Assembly (NCBI GenBank): GCA_030602565.1
Contig: JAUVZL010000001.1
Location: 47,233-111,232, forward strand
Direction of reading: 5' to 3'
Source of the DNA: Candidatus Stahliibacteriota bacterium
GTDB lineage: Bacteria > Hydrothermota > Tepidihabitantia > SM23-42
DNA: 64,000 bases
Shown: positions 33,639-45,623 of the stretch, piece by piece
Position numbering within the stretch: the stretch's first letter is position 1
Layout of the letters: the number at the start of each line of letters is the position of its first letter
Notes under the pieces: generated by a model
Database searches by the model: none
Told to the model about the DNA's origin: nothing
The model's input: the letters and a program-made list of their open reading frames with translations, nothing else
Made by a program: the position numbers and the translations under genes

Positions 33639-35915
33639 ATGAACAGATTTCTTAAAATCTTACTTATAATCATAGGTACAATCATCGTCATCCTGATTGC
33701 AGGCTATTTCCTAATAACGAGCTACCTAACGCCCCAAACAGTACGGAATATCGCTGGAAAGGTTGCTACTGAAGCTATCCAATATCCAGTTGAGATCGGT
33801 CAAGTTGGTTTGCATTTTGGATTCAAGGTGGGTATTACAATAGACGATGTCAAAATACCCAATGCCAAAGGTTTTAGCCGTGAACCTATGGTCGAAATTG
33901 ACCGAACCACCCTAAATTTAAAACTTCTGCCTTTATTTGGACGCCGGATAGTCATAAGTGGTCTGGATTTCTCAGGGATAAAGGTCAAAGTTGAAAGAAA
34001 TAAACAGAACAAACTGAACTTCGCAGCTATCATACCCAAAGAAGCACAGGGCTCGAGTTGGTCACTATCTCTGTCTTCAGTCACTATTTCCCAAGGTAAT
34101 CTATCCTATATTGATGCGCTGACCAAAACTGAAATAGAGGTTAAGGATATCGATCAAGAAATTAAATTTCAAGGCAGCACGATATCTGCGGCTGGTAAGA
34201 GCACGGTATACATCCTGAAAAACAAAACACTGCCAGAAATGATCGTGAAAGTCGGCAATAGCGTTGCGTACGACACCTTGAAAAAAAATCTCCGAATTAA
34301 GAAGCTTACGGCGTTGTACGATCCGATACATCTTTCAATCGATGGGACAATAAGTGAGTTAGAGAAACTCGATATCAATGCCAAACTTAAAGTCGACGAT
34401 ATGTCAAAACTTCCTACACTGATCCCGGCCAATTCACGTCCGGAAAAACTTAGCGGCACGCTCATCGCAACATGCACAGTAAGTGGTACAACTAAGAAGA
34501 TCGTTGTTGCTGGAAACAGTGAACTCAAAAACGTATCTTTCACACCAAAAGGATTGAACCGAGGATTTACAAAAATCTACGGTTCTTTATCATTTACGAG
34601 TAAAGCAATTAGAGATATATCACTACATGCGATGTTCGGAGATACAAAGTTGGAACTTAGCGGAGCAGTAAATAACCTTAATAACCCGATATTGAACCTC
34701 AAGACTAAAGCAGTAGGAGACCTCCAGGATTTAGAGATGCTCATAACCGACATGAAAGGCATACAATTGAAAGGTCCACTTACCCTCAATCTAAAGATCA
34801 AAGGCAGCGCTAAGAAACCATCATACCATGGAGATTATAACATAAACAACGGATTCATAAATGGCATCGGCTTAGCGAAACCGATAAGCAATTTTATCCT
34901 TAAGGGTACGATAGAGAACAGCGTTGCCAGAATCAGCAAGTGTGGCGGCAGCATTGGGGGTTCGGATTTTTCATTGACTGGCAAGATAACCGACTTAAAA
35001 AAACCAGTAATTGAGATCAACAATACCTCACATCTTATTGATCTTGACGAAATTCTACCAAAGCCAGAAGAACGCAAGCAACAACAAGGAAAGACAGCAC
35101 CTATCACACTCCGTGGTAATACCAAAATAAACAAGTTTGTCGGCGCAAACATGGAGTTCAAAAACATAAACACAAGTTTCTCCTATGAAAATGAAGTAAT
35201 AGATTTAAGAAAATGTACGGCAGATGCTTTTGATGGCAAAGTGCAGTTTGATCTTTATTATAATGCAAATAGCCCTGAACCCTATCGTATCAACACGAAA
35301 ATGACTTCGGTATCAACCAAGAAAATCCTAAAACGCTTCTTGAATTTTGAGAATCTGGAAGGCAAACTAACTGGCGTCAGTAACTTCCAAGGCCGCGGTT
35401 TCAGTAAAAATGATGTTATCGTCAATCTCAGTGCCTCGGGTAATATCAAGTTAATTAACGGTGTATTCAGAAATTTCGATTTCATTACGAAACTCCTTGC
35501 TTGGCTCGGTATAAAAGACTACAAAGTACTGAATTTCAACGATCTGCTGGTCAATTTCAATATTGATAAGGGTAAAACAAAAGTGAAAGACTGGGCGCTA
35601 TCATCAAAAGTCGGTACTTTTCTTACGAATGGTTTCATCGGGCTAAATGGAAACGTGAATTTGAACGTAACGACTACGCTCAAGAAGGAATACTCAGATA
35701 TTGTGAAAAAGTACCACGGAGATTGGATATTCCCGATTGATAACAAAGGACAGGCAACAATCGATATTAAGATCACCGGAAAACTCAGCTCACCTAAATT
35801 CAGTCTTGATAAGAATAAAATTAAGCAGCGCATCAAAGGTAAGCTGAAGAATGAATTCAATAAGAAAAAGAAAGAATGGGAAAATAAGATAAAAGATCTT
35901 TTAAAAGGAAAATGA
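33639..35915 (+). CDS. AsmA-family protein (N-terminal TM anchor, long beta-rich periplasmic region)
   Basis: The N-terminal TM reads ILLIIIGTIIVILIAGYFLI. The 700-aa body resembles AsmA/TamB-like architecture and the C-terminal tail is Lys-rich. The SD is strong. Confidence 0.55.
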   Translation: MNRFLKILLIIIGTIIVILIAGYFLITSYLTPQTVRNIAGKVATEAIQYPVEIGQVGLHFGFKVGITIDDVKIPNAKGFSREPMVEIDRTTLNLKLLPLFGRRIVISGLDFSGIKVKVERNKQNKLNFAAIIPKEAQGSSWSLSLSSVTISQGNLSYIDALTKTEIEVKDIDQEIKFQGSTISAAGKSTVYILKNKTLPEMIVKVGNSVAYDTLKKNLRIKKLTALYDPIHLSIDGTISELEKLDINAKLKVDDMSKLPTLIPANSRPEKLSGTLIATCTVSGTTKKIVVAGNSELKNVSFTPKGLNRGFTKIYGSLSFTSKAIRDISLHAMFGDTKLELSGAVNNLNNPILNLKTKAVGDLQDLEMLITDMKGIQLKGPLTLNLKIKGSAKKPSYHGDYNINNGFINGIGLAKPISNFILKGTIENSVARISKCGGSIGGSDFSLTGKITDLKKPVIEINNTSHLIDLDEILPKPEERKQQQGKTAPITLRGNTKINKFVGANMEFKNINTSFSYENEVIDLRKCTADAFDGKVQFDLYYNANSPEPYRINTKMTSVSTKKILKRFLNFENLEGKLTGVSNFQGRGFSKNDVIVNLSASGNIKLINGVFRNFDFITKLLAWLGIKDYKVLNFNDLLVNFNIDKGKTKVKDWALSSKVGTFLTNGFIGLNGNVNLNVTTTLKKEYSDIVKKYHGDWIFPIDNKGQATIDIKITGKLSSPKFSLDKNKIKQRIKGKLKNEFNKKKKEWENKIKDLLKGK

Positions 35916-35945
35916 TAAGAAAACGCAGGATCACTTCGTGTTATT

Positions 35946-36770
35946 ATGCCTGAACTCCCTGAAGTCGAGACTATCAAAAGAGAGTTGAAGCCCAATATCA
36001 TTAATAAAAAAATCCTGGCATGTATCCCTTTGCGTAGTGATGTAATTGCTTACCCAAAACCAAAGACATTTTGTAGAGCAATCATTGACGAAAGAGTGAC
36101 TAATGTAACGCGCAAAGCCAAATACCTATTTCTTGAGCTCACCAATGAAAAGAAAATTGTCTTCCATTTCAGGTTGTCTGGTACTATCTCATTGAGAAAA
36201 CTACACGTTAAACCTGAACGTTTTACTAGGGTAATAATAAAGATCAACGGCTACCAGCTTTTCTTCAATGAACCAAGGGTCTTGGGTAGAATCTACCTCT
36301 TGAAAGGCAAAAAGAGATTGCCGTTTTTAAAAGGACTGTACAACCTCGGACTTGAACCGATTGCTGATGCATTCGATTTACCCTATTTCCGCAACAAAAT
36401 AAAAGGAAGAAAGGCGAAAATAAAAGCCTTGCTTCTTGACCAGAGTATCTGTGCCGGAGTCGGTAATATATATTCTGATGAAGCACTTTTCCATGCCGGA
36501 ATAAGACCCTTGCGCCGTGCTAAGCGTATAACGATCAGAGAAACCGCAAAACTTGTGAGAACTCTGAAACACGTAATACAAAAAGGGATAGATAATTACG
36601 GAACATCGGTTTCTGATTATCACCGAACCGATGGCAAAGATGGGAATTTTCAAAAATTTCTGTATGTCTACGGCAAAGAGGATGAACCTTGTAAAGTCTG
36701 CGGGACAAAAATTGTCTTGACGAAACTCGGCAACCGGTCCACCAGATACTGTCCTAAATGCCAGAAATAA
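35946..36770 (+). CDS. mutM: formamidopyrimidine-DNA glycosylase
   Basis: MPELPEVETIKRELKP N-terminal catalytic Pro. A C-terminal zinc finger CKVCG...CPKCQK is present. Length is 274 aa. Confidence 0.9.
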   Translation: MPELPEVETIKRELKPNIINKKILACIPLRSDVIAYPKPKTFCRAIIDERVTNVTRKAKYLFLELTNEKKIVFHFRLSGTISLRKLHVKPERFTRVIIKINGYQLFFNEPRVLGRIYLLKGKKRLPFLKGLYNLGLEPIADAFDLPYFRNKIKGRKAKIKALLLDQSICAGVGNIYSDEALFHAGIRPLRRAKRITIRETAKLVRTLKHVIQKGIDNYGTSVSDYHRTDGKDGNFQKFLYVYGKEDEPCKVCGTKIVLTKLGNRSTRYCPKCQK

Positions 36771-37050
36771 ATACAAATTCCTAAATACCTAAACCCAGCT
36801 CGTTCATAACGGGCTTGGGTAAAAATCCAAAATACCTAAATACCTAAATGAACCAGATCAACGAAGAAACGGAGAATATCGTATTCGTAAATCGTACTCG
36901 TAAAAAACACGATAATAATTTATCCCGTGGAATGCGACCCGCCCTGCCTGTCCCGTAGCGTCAGCGTACGGGGTGGAGTGTGCACACTATTCCATGGGGA
37001 GCATATTCCATTGGGACGGACTAAACGATACTAACGTATCAAACGGTATT
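36771..37050. repeat. composite intergenic repeat element: CCTAAATACCTAAA modules + CGTATTCGTAAATCG-family unit (copy 2) with ~55-bp internal insertion
   Basis: cctaaatacctaaa occurs twice, then ...gaaacggagaatatcgtattcgtaaatcgtactcgtaaaaaacacgataataatttatcccgtggaatgcga...ccattgggacggactaaacg. It is colinear with 12636-12756 and with the rc of 61190-61375. Confidence 0.65.
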
Positions 37051-37063
37051 TCTGCCCTGTCAT

Positions 37064-37090
37064 TGACAGCAAAAGAAAATTGACTATAGT
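37064..37090 (+). promoter_or_regulatory. promoter TTGACA-15-TATAGT positioned for leaderless valS
   Basis: TTGACA at 37064-37069 and TATAGT at 37085-37090. ATG 37097 lies 6 nt downstream and no SD is present. Confidence 0.4.
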
Positions 37091-37096
37091 TATGCA

Positions 37097-39730
37097 ATGG
37101 ATGAATTCGGGAGCAAATATGACTCTCAGGGCATTGAAGACCAATGGTATGAGTTCTGGCTGAACGCGAATCTTTTCACGCCTGATCCACATTCCAAAAA
37201 ACCACCCTATACAATTATGATACCACTACCCAATATTACGGGTCGACTCACTCTGGGGCATACTCTGAATAACTCTATCCAGGATATTCTTATCAGATAT
37301 AATAAACTGACCGGGCATGAAACCTTATGGATGATGGGCATGGACCATGCTGGTATCGCTACTCAAGTTGTTGTCGAAGATAAACTTGCGGAAAAGGGTA
37401 TTAAAAAAGAAGATATAGGTCGGGAGAAATTCGTCCGAGAAGTTTGGAAATGGAAAGAGGAATACGCTACAATAATCCGGAAACAACTAAAAAAAATGGG
37501 GTTTGCGCTGGATTGGTCGCGTGAGCAATTCACGTTCTCTGAAGATTATTCAAAGAAAGTAATCAAAATATTCGTTGATTTGTACAAGAAAGGACTTATC
37601 TACCAGGGTGAATACATCATTAACTGGTGTCCGCGTTGTCTATCTGCTTTATCTTCTGAACAGGTTGAGACTGAAGAAGAACTGGGTAAGCTTTATTATA
37701 TCAGGTATCCGATAATCGGTACCGAGAATTTCATCACGGTAGCGACAACCAGACCTGAAACTATGCTTGGTGATACCGGAATCTGCGTCAATCCAAAGGA
37801 CCGCCGTTATAAGAAACTCATTGGCAGTGCTGCCTTATTGCCGATCATGAAGCGCGCCATCCCCATTATCTGTGATGATTATGTTGATCCGGATTTTGGC
37901 ACTGGTGCACTAAAGGTCACGCCAGCGCATGATCCTTTTGACTTTGATTTGGCTAAAAAACACAATCTTGAATTTATCAATATCATGAATCCTGATGCGA
38001 CCCTCAATGAAAATGCCGAAGAATACAATACATTAGACCGTTATAAAGCACGCGCCAAAATCATAGTTGCTTTGGAAAAAGAGGGGCTGCTTGAAAAAGT
38101 CGAGAAATATAAGTTACCCCTTGCTAAATGTCAACGCTGTCATACCGCGATTGAACCAAGAATTAGCAAGCAATGGTTCGTTCGCATGAAACCCTTGGCT
38201 AAACCCGCCTTAGAGGTAGTAAAGAATGAGACTGTGAAGCTGTATCCAAAGAGGTGGGTAAACCTCTATAATCACTGGATGGAGAATGTTCGAGATTGGT
38301 GTATTTCCAGGCAACTCTGGTGGGGACACAGAATACCGGTGTACTACTGTTCAAAATGCTATGACGCAGAAAGCACAGAAGTCAACAAAACACGACTGAA
38401 TGCAGAGACAAAGAATCCAAAAGGTATGTTTGTCTCAACAAGTAAGCCAAAGAAGTGTCCAGACTGTGGTTCTTGTGATATTTATCAGGACGAGGATGTT
38501 CTCGATACCTGGTTCAGTTCATGGATCTGGTCCTTTGCAACGCTTGGTTGGCCAAGTAAAACAAAAGATTTCAAGCGTTTCTATCCAACCCAAACCCTGG
38601 TAACAGCTTGGGATATTATTTACCTTTGGGTTGCCCGCATGATCATGGCGGGTTTAGAGTTCACTGGGCAAATACCTTTTTCCAGTGTTGTATTCCACCC
38701 CATGGTCCGGGATAAAAAGCGTAGAAAGATGTCAAAAAGCCTGGGTAATTCTCCAGATCCAATGGATTTGATTGCCAAATATGGAGCTGACGCATTGCGT
38801 TACGGGTTACAGCTTATTACACCGAAGGAACAGGATGTTCTGTACTCTGAGAAAGCAATCGATGTAGGTCGGAAGTTCTGTAATAAGTTGTGGAATGCAG
38901 CCCGATTAGTCTGGATGAATCACAAGAACGATAATGAAACAGCACCATCAAAACCCTCAATATATGATGCTTGGATCATTTCAGAATTCAATCAATTCAT
39001 TAAGAATACTAACAACCATTTTTCAAACTTTGAACTAAATGCCATTGCTCGGGACATATACGATTTTGTCTGGCATACGTTCTGCGACTGGTATCTTGAG
39101 ATTATTAAAATCTGCCCGTCAAAAGATACCCCAAAATACCTGCTAAAACAAATCATAATTATGCTCCATCCCTATATACCTTTTATCACTGAAGAAATAT
39201 ATCACAAATTCAATTTCTCAAAAAAGAGCATACTTCTCGAGGATTGGCCAAAGACAACGACTGTGAAAACTGATATCGTAAATGTCCAAATCATGAAACG
39301 TTTGATTGAGGAAATCCGAAATATCCGTGGTCTCTTCAATATTAATCCGAAAGAGGAACTTCAAGCAATAATAAACACGAGAAAAGGTTTCAGGGATTTT
39401 ATAGAAAGAAACGTCGCGGTCTTGCAGGGGCTTGCTGGTCTTGAAGTCATAGAATATGACAAGACCCCGGATCAATCCGCGGCAAGTATTATTATGCCAG
39501 ATGTCGAATGCTATGTCGTACTTGCCGGTATTGATATAGCAAAAGAGAAAAAACGTCTGACAAAAGAAATAACCGCACTCTCAAAGAGAATCGATGAAAT
39601 TAAATACCGTTTGAATAACCCAAACTACATACGCAAAGCAACTGCTGAAGTCAAGCAACGCGAGCAAGAACGCCTCGAATGTTTTTTGAGGAAAAAAGAA
39701 GGAATTGTTAGAGCAATAGAAAAACTATGA
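37097..39730 (+). CDS. valS: valine--tRNA ligase
   Basis: Class I HIGH (PNITGRLTLGHT) and KMSKS motifs are present. Length is 877 aa with a C-terminal coiled coil. Confidence 0.95.
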   Translation: MDEFGSKYDSQGIEDQWYEFWLNANLFTPDPHSKKPPYTIMIPLPNITGRLTLGHTLNNSIQDILIRYNKLTGHETLWMMGMDHAGIATQVVVEDKLAEKGIKKEDIGREKFVREVWKWKEEYATIIRKQLKKMGFALDWSREQFTFSEDYSKKVIKIFVDLYKKGLIYQGEYIINWCPRCLSALSSEQVETEEELGKLYYIRYPIIGTENFITVATTRPETMLGDTGICVNPKDRRYKKLIGSAALLPIMKRAIPIICDDYVDPDFGTGALKVTPAHDPFDFDLAKKHNLEFINIMNPDATLNENAEEYNTLDRYKARAKIIVALEKEGLLEKVEKYKLPLAKCQRCHTAIEPRISKQWFVRMKPLAKPALEVVKNETVKLYPKRWVNLYNHWMENVRDWCISRQLWWGHRIPVYYCSKCYDAESTEVNKTRLNAETKNPKGMFVSTSKPKKCPDCGSCDIYQDEDVLDTWFSSWIWSFATLGWPSKTKDFKRFYPTQTLVTAWDIIYLWVARMIMAGLEFTGQIPFSSVVFHPMVRDKKRRKMSKSLGNSPDPMDLIAKYGADALRYGLQLITPKEQDVLYSEKAIDVGRKFCNKLWNAARLVWMNHKNDNETAPSKPSIYDAWIISEFNQFIKNTNNHFSNFELNAIARDIYDFVWHTFCDWYLEIIKICPSKDTPKYLLKQIIIMLHPYIPFITEEIYHKFNFSKKSILLEDWPKTTTVKTDIVNVQIMKRLIEEIRNIRGLFNINPKEELQAIINTRKGFRDFIERNVAVLQGLAGLEVIEYDKTPDQSAASIIMPDVECYVVLAGIDIAKEKKRLTKEITALSKRIDEIKYRLNNPNYIRKATAEVKQREQERLECFLRKKEGIVRAIEKL

Positions 39731-40137
39731 AATACATTGGATGGATCGTAAGCCTTATTCTGTTAGCTGGAGTGTTTGCCGCATATAAAACTCAATACGT
39801 GCCAATAAAAAGGGATATTGATAAGCTTGAAAAAGAAATCGCGATGTGGGAAGATGTCCTCAAGAACGAAAAAGGGTTAATTGGCGACCGTAACCGCTTT
39901 CCCCTGGATCGATTTTTCAAGGACAACAAGCTCACCCCTTATGGTGAAGTCGAAATCCTTCGTAAATTCAGTATGGAGTATAAGAACCTCGAATTATACG
40001 TATCAGCACCACGAGCTTTGGAGCGAGCTGCCGATATAATGCGCTTCCTTGACGAGCAACGAATTGAATACAGGACTCTGCGCTGTATCGTGGTAATCGA
40101 TTCGGTCGAGCGCTTTGAATACAAGTTTTCCAAATAA
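39727..40137 (+). CDS. hypothetical membrane-anchored protein
   Basis: An N-terminal TM (IGWIVSLILLAGVFAAY) is followed by a soluble domain. It is coupled to valS by an ATGA overlap. Confidence 0.4.
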   Translation: MKYIGWIVSLILLAGVFAAYKTQYVPIKRDIDKLEKEIAMWEDVLKNEKGLIGDRNRFPLDRFFKDNKLTPYGEVEILRKFSMEYKNLELYVSAPRALERAADIMRFLDEQRIEYRTLRCIVVIDSVERFEYKFSK

Positions 40138-40240
40138 CGTGAAACCTGCATCGTTTAGAATTTGGAGATTGGTCATATTCTTGCTAATCGGCAGTATTGC
40201 CCTGGCTAATGGTTCCAAGAAAAAGGATGCCAGTTTGGCA

Positions 40241-40513
40241 ATGCTGCTCTGTGTCTTCCCTGGTTGTGGACAGTATTATACGGAAAGATATGTACCCGGT
40301 ATTGTTATCAGCGCAAGTGAATTGGCGATCGGATACTATGCTTACAAATACCATAAAGAAGAGGAGTATGAGAAAAGGAATTCCATGCTCTGGTGGGGTC
40401 TTTTTGTCTTTGGATACTCGCTCGCTGATGCCTATGTGGGCGCAAAAATGTACGGTTTTGATATTGAGGCGGACATAGATAAGGTATCACTAAGTTACAC
40501 ATTCAAATGGTAA
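40241..40513 (+). CDS. DUF5683-like small membrane protein
   Basis: LLCVFPGCGQYYT... and the C-terminal DAYVGAKMYGFD resemble the DUF5683 (PGxGQxYN ... DAxVxA) pattern. The start is uncertain: the listed 40115 start overlaps the upstream gene, and Met 40241 is used here. Confidence 0.35.
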   Translation: MLLCVFPGCGQYYTERYVPGIVISASELAIGYYAYKYHKEEEYEKRNSMLWWGLFVFGYSLADAYVGAKMYGFDIEADIDKVSLSYTFKW

Positions 40514-40586
40514 TTGTCGTTGAAGCCATATTCTTTCTCAGCTATAAATTCTTATCTATTATTCCACAGGGCACGTTTTTAATATA

Positions 40587-40859
40587 CTAGTGATTTGGGC
40601 TATTCTTGACCTGTTTTATGGCTTTAAGTAGTTCAACCATGACTTGTGTATGGAGCTGGTCTTTGGTGAGATGGTACATGGTCATTATGTGTCCAACATC
40701 GCTCGATACATACATCGGTGGCAGATTGTTTAAGGTTAAAGTCATGATGTCACGGTAGCAGACATCACACTTACATAAATCCTTATCATCTTCATACCTT
40801 CTGTTCAATTCTTGTCGGACTATTTTTTCAATATAGTTTTCATAGCTCGATTGCTTCAT
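40587..40859 (-). CDS. ComFB-family protein (late competence development protein ComFB domain)
   Basis: CKCDVCYRDIMTLTLNNLPPMY matches the ComFB Cys cluster plus the NxLPPxY motif. Length is 90 aa. Confidence 0.6.
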   Translation of the reverse strand: MKQSSYENYIEKIVRQELNRRYEDDKDLCKCDVCYRDIMTLTLNNLPPMYVSSDVGHIMTMYHLTKDQLHTQVMVELLKAIKQVKNSPNH

Positions 40860-40861
40860 AT

Positions 40862-42901
<2,040 letters not shown>

Positions 42902-42936
42902 TCAATAAGGATTAAGAACCCCTAACCTGTTGAATA

Positions 42937-42964
42937 TTGACATTTACGCAGTTTTGTATAGAAT
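42937..42964 (+). promoter_or_regulatory. promoter TTGACA-16-TAGAAT positioned for leaderless nadB
   Basis: TTGACA at 42937-42942 and TAGAAT at 42959-42964. ATG 42970 lies 5 nt downstream with no SD. The listed ORF start at 42937 is the TTG of the -35 box. Confidence 0.4.
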
Positions 42965-42969
42965 TTAAT

Positions 42970-44499
42970 ATGCTGAAAAAGGTGGATTTCCTTATTGTAG
43001 GATCAGGGATAGCCGGCTTGACGTTTGCCATCAACTCTGCACAATATGGTCAAATACTCATTCTGACTAAAAAGAACAGAGCTGATTCGAATACCAACTA
43101 TGCACAAGGGGGTATCGCATCAGTTTTTAGCGATGCGGATTCATTTGATTGCCATATCAATGATACAATCAAAGCTGGTGAAGGGTTGAGCCACCAAAAT
43201 GCTGTGAAAATAATGGTCGAGAATGGTCCAAAGCTAGTAAGTAAACTGTATGATAAGGGTTGTCGTTTTACCCTCGATGACCAAGGCAATTTCGCCCTCG
43301 GCAAAGAAGGTGGTCATTCCCAACGCCGTATTGTACATGCCAAGGACTATACTGGTTATGAGATCGAACATGTCCTCTTGGAGGAAGTCAAGAGAAAAAA
43401 CGTTATAATAAGTGAAAATGAAATTGCTCTTGATTTAATAATAATCGACGGCGAATGTTTGGGACTCTACTTTTTTGACGCTAACAAACAAAAGATTGAC
43501 TACATCTTAGCCAATGCTACAGTACTCGCGACCGGCGGCACAGGACAAATATATCTTCACACCACAAATCCACCAATTGCCACAGGCGATGGTATTGCCA
43601 TGGCTTTTCGTGCCGGTGCGAGAGTGGCAAATATGGAGTTTGTACAATTCCACCCTACATCAGTCTACAACATACAAACCGATGGTCGGGCTTTTCTGAT
43701 ATCAGAGGCGTTACGCGGTGAAGGCGGCATATTGAAAACAAAGAATGGTAAACCATTCATGGATAAGTACGACCCGGCTGGAAACCTCGCTCCCCGGGAT
43801 ATCGTAGCACGAGCTTGTGTTTCTGAAATGTATGCAACGAAGTCAAAATATGTACTGCTTGATATTTCGCATGTTAATGCTGGCTATCTGAAGAATAGAT
43901 TTCCGACGATCTATGAAACATGCATGAAGTGGGGTATTGATATGACTCGCGAACCAATACCAGTAGTACCAGCTGCCCATTATACATGTGGCGGGATCTT
44001 GGTTAACACCTGGGCTGAATCGTCCATCAACCGGTTATTCGCCCTGGGCGAATGCAGTTGTACTGGGGTACACGGCGCAAATAGGCTCGCGTCCAATTCC
44101 TTGCTTGAAGCCCTGGTTTTTTCAACTAGAGCATCGGAAAGAGCGAAAAAGATAAAATCTATTAGAACAAAAACAAGGATACCCGTGAAACAAACCGCGC
44201 AGTCCGGACCAGATTATAGATTACAGATTAAAGAAATCATGGATCAATACCTTGGCGTCATACGAACTGTAAAGGGATTGGAAATAGCACACGAATCCAT
44301 TAGTGACTTCTGCAGCAAGTATGATGATGGCATATACCTAAAAAACGCGGAAGCTCGAAATGTCGCCGACATTGCAATGCTCATAGTTAAATCCGCCATT
44401 ATGCGTACCGAATCCCGTGGTCTCCACTATATCAGGGAATACCCTAAGAAGAAAAGGGAGTTTTCAAAAGATACGGTAATCAGCAGGAAAGAAAGTTGA
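42970..44499 (+). CDS. nadB: L-aspartate oxidase
   Basis: FAD-binding VDFLIVGSGIAGL. It belongs to the fumarate reductase/succinate DH flavoprotein family. A ~510-aa single-subunit size fits NadB. Confidence 0.8.
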   Translation: MLKKVDFLIVGSGIAGLTFAINSAQYGQILILTKKNRADSNTNYAQGGIASVFSDADSFDCHINDTIKAGEGLSHQNAVKIMVENGPKLVSKLYDKGCRFTLDDQGNFALGKEGGHSQRRIVHAKDYTGYEIEHVLLEEVKRKNVIISENEIALDLIIIDGECLGLYFFDANKQKIDYILANATVLATGGTGQIYLHTTNPPIATGDGIAMAFRAGARVANMEFVQFHPTSVYNIQTDGRAFLISEALRGEGGILKTKNGKPFMDKYDPAGNLAPRDIVARACVSEMYATKSKYVLLDISHVNAGYLKNRFPTIYETCMKWGIDMTREPIPVVPAAHYTCGGILVNTWAESSINRLFALGECSCTGVHGANRLASNSLLEALVFSTRASERAKKIKSIRTKTRIPVKQTAQSGPDYRLQIKEIMDQYLGVIRTVKGLEIAHESISDFCSKYDDGIYLKNAEARNVADIAMLIVKSAIMRTESRGLHYIREYPKKKREFSKDTVISRKES

Positions 44500-44517
44500 A
44501 CAAATAAGGGAAGGAGA

Positions 44518-44817
44518 ATGGAACAAGGCGAGATTGAGGTTTTATTAGAATTAGGGCAATCATATCTCTTAAACAAAGAATATGAACATGCGATTAAGAA
44601 ATTCAACGAAGCCCTAAGCATAAACCCGCATGACGCCGAATTGTATTACAATTTAGGGCTTGCTTATGAAGGAGCCAATAAGCTTTTAAAAGCAATATCA
44701 ATGTATGAAAAAACATTATATCTGGACAAAACGTTCAGTAATGCCGAGATACGTCTTAATAAACTCAAGGAAAAAATGACTGAAGCAAAGGAGAAATCAA
44801 CCGAAAAAACAAAATGA
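44518..44817 (+). CDS. small TPR-repeat protein
   Basis: ELYYNLGLAYEGANK TPR motif. It is a paralog of the 58388-58645 gene. Confidence 0.55.
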   Translation: MEQGEIEVLLELGQSYLLNKEYEHAIKKFNEALSINPHDAELYYNLGLAYEGANKLLKAISMYEKTLYLDKTFSNAEIRLNKLKEKMTEAKEKSTEKTK

Positions 44818-44963
44818 AATGCCCACGTTGCGGTAGAGACATGAAAGAAACTAAAGGAACACACCACAAGAAAAAAAAATGGAAATGCCTGCATTGCGAC
44901 AAGATCCGCTTCACCAACTCAAGGAAAAACCATAGAAAAGTCTTGACAAACAACAATATTTAA
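44814..44963 (+). CDS. candidate zinc-ribbon microprotein (49 aa: MKCPRCGRDMKETKGTHHKKKKWKCLHCDKIRFTNSRKNHRKVLTNNNI)
   Basis: An ATGA overlap with the upstream TPR stop gives translational coupling. CPRC...CLHC and highly basic. Absent from the ORF track (shorter than 60 aa). Confidence 0.4.
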   Translation: MKCPRCGRDMKETKGTHHKKKKWKCLHCDKIRFTNSRKNHRKVLTNNNI

Positions 44964-44981
44964 TTATATTCTTCACATAGT

Positions 44982-45623
44982 ATGGAAACATTTTACTCAA
45001 TCTTAGAAGTCACGCTCAATTCGACGGCTGATGAAATCAAAAAATCCTATCTTAGATTAGCACAAAAATATCATCCAGATCGTCACTTTATCCCCGAGGA
45101 TAAAATCAAAGCCAATGAAAAATTCGCCAAGATCACTGAAGGCTACCGTGTTCTGTCAGATGAGAAACTCAGAGAAGAATACGATAAATCGCTAGAAAAG
45201 GGTGTTAAACCAAAGGATAAAGCTAAGGAAACACAAGCGGAAAATGCCTTCAAAAGGGCTATCGCATTCCTTAAACAAAACGATCCATGGCGAGCAGTTA
45301 ACCTTTTGCGCATTGCCTGTCGCTACCACGAACAACCCATGTACCTATCATATTTAGGACTTGCTCTGGTTTATACCAAGCAGTATCAAAAAGAAGGCTT
45401 TGAAAAACTCGAAATGGCAATCAAACAAGTCATGTTCAACCCGATATTCTATGTTAACCGTGGATTGGCACACGAACACATCGGCGATAAGTCAAGAGCG
45501 CTTGAATCATATTATGAGGCACTCAACTGGGACGCGAACAATCGGGCAGCGAAAAAAGGCATTGAAAGACTGCAACGCAAGAAAAAGGGGTTTTTAACGA
45601 AATTGTTTGGCGGTGATAAATGA
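44982..45623 (+). CDS. J-domain protein with TPR-like C-terminal region
   Basis: YSILEVTLNSTADEIKKSYLRLAQKYHPDRH is the DnaJ J-domain with HPD. Confidence 0.75.
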   Translation: METFYSILEVTLNSTADEIKKSYLRLAQKYHPDRHFIPEDKIKANEKFAKITEGYRVLSDEKLREEYDKSLEKGVKPKDKAKETQAENAFKRAIAFLKQNDPWRAVNLLRIACRYHEQPMYLSYLGLALVYTKQYQKEGFEKLEMAIKQVMFNPIFYVNRGLAHEHIGDKSRALESYYEALNWDANNRAAKKGIERLQRKKKGFLTKLFGGDK

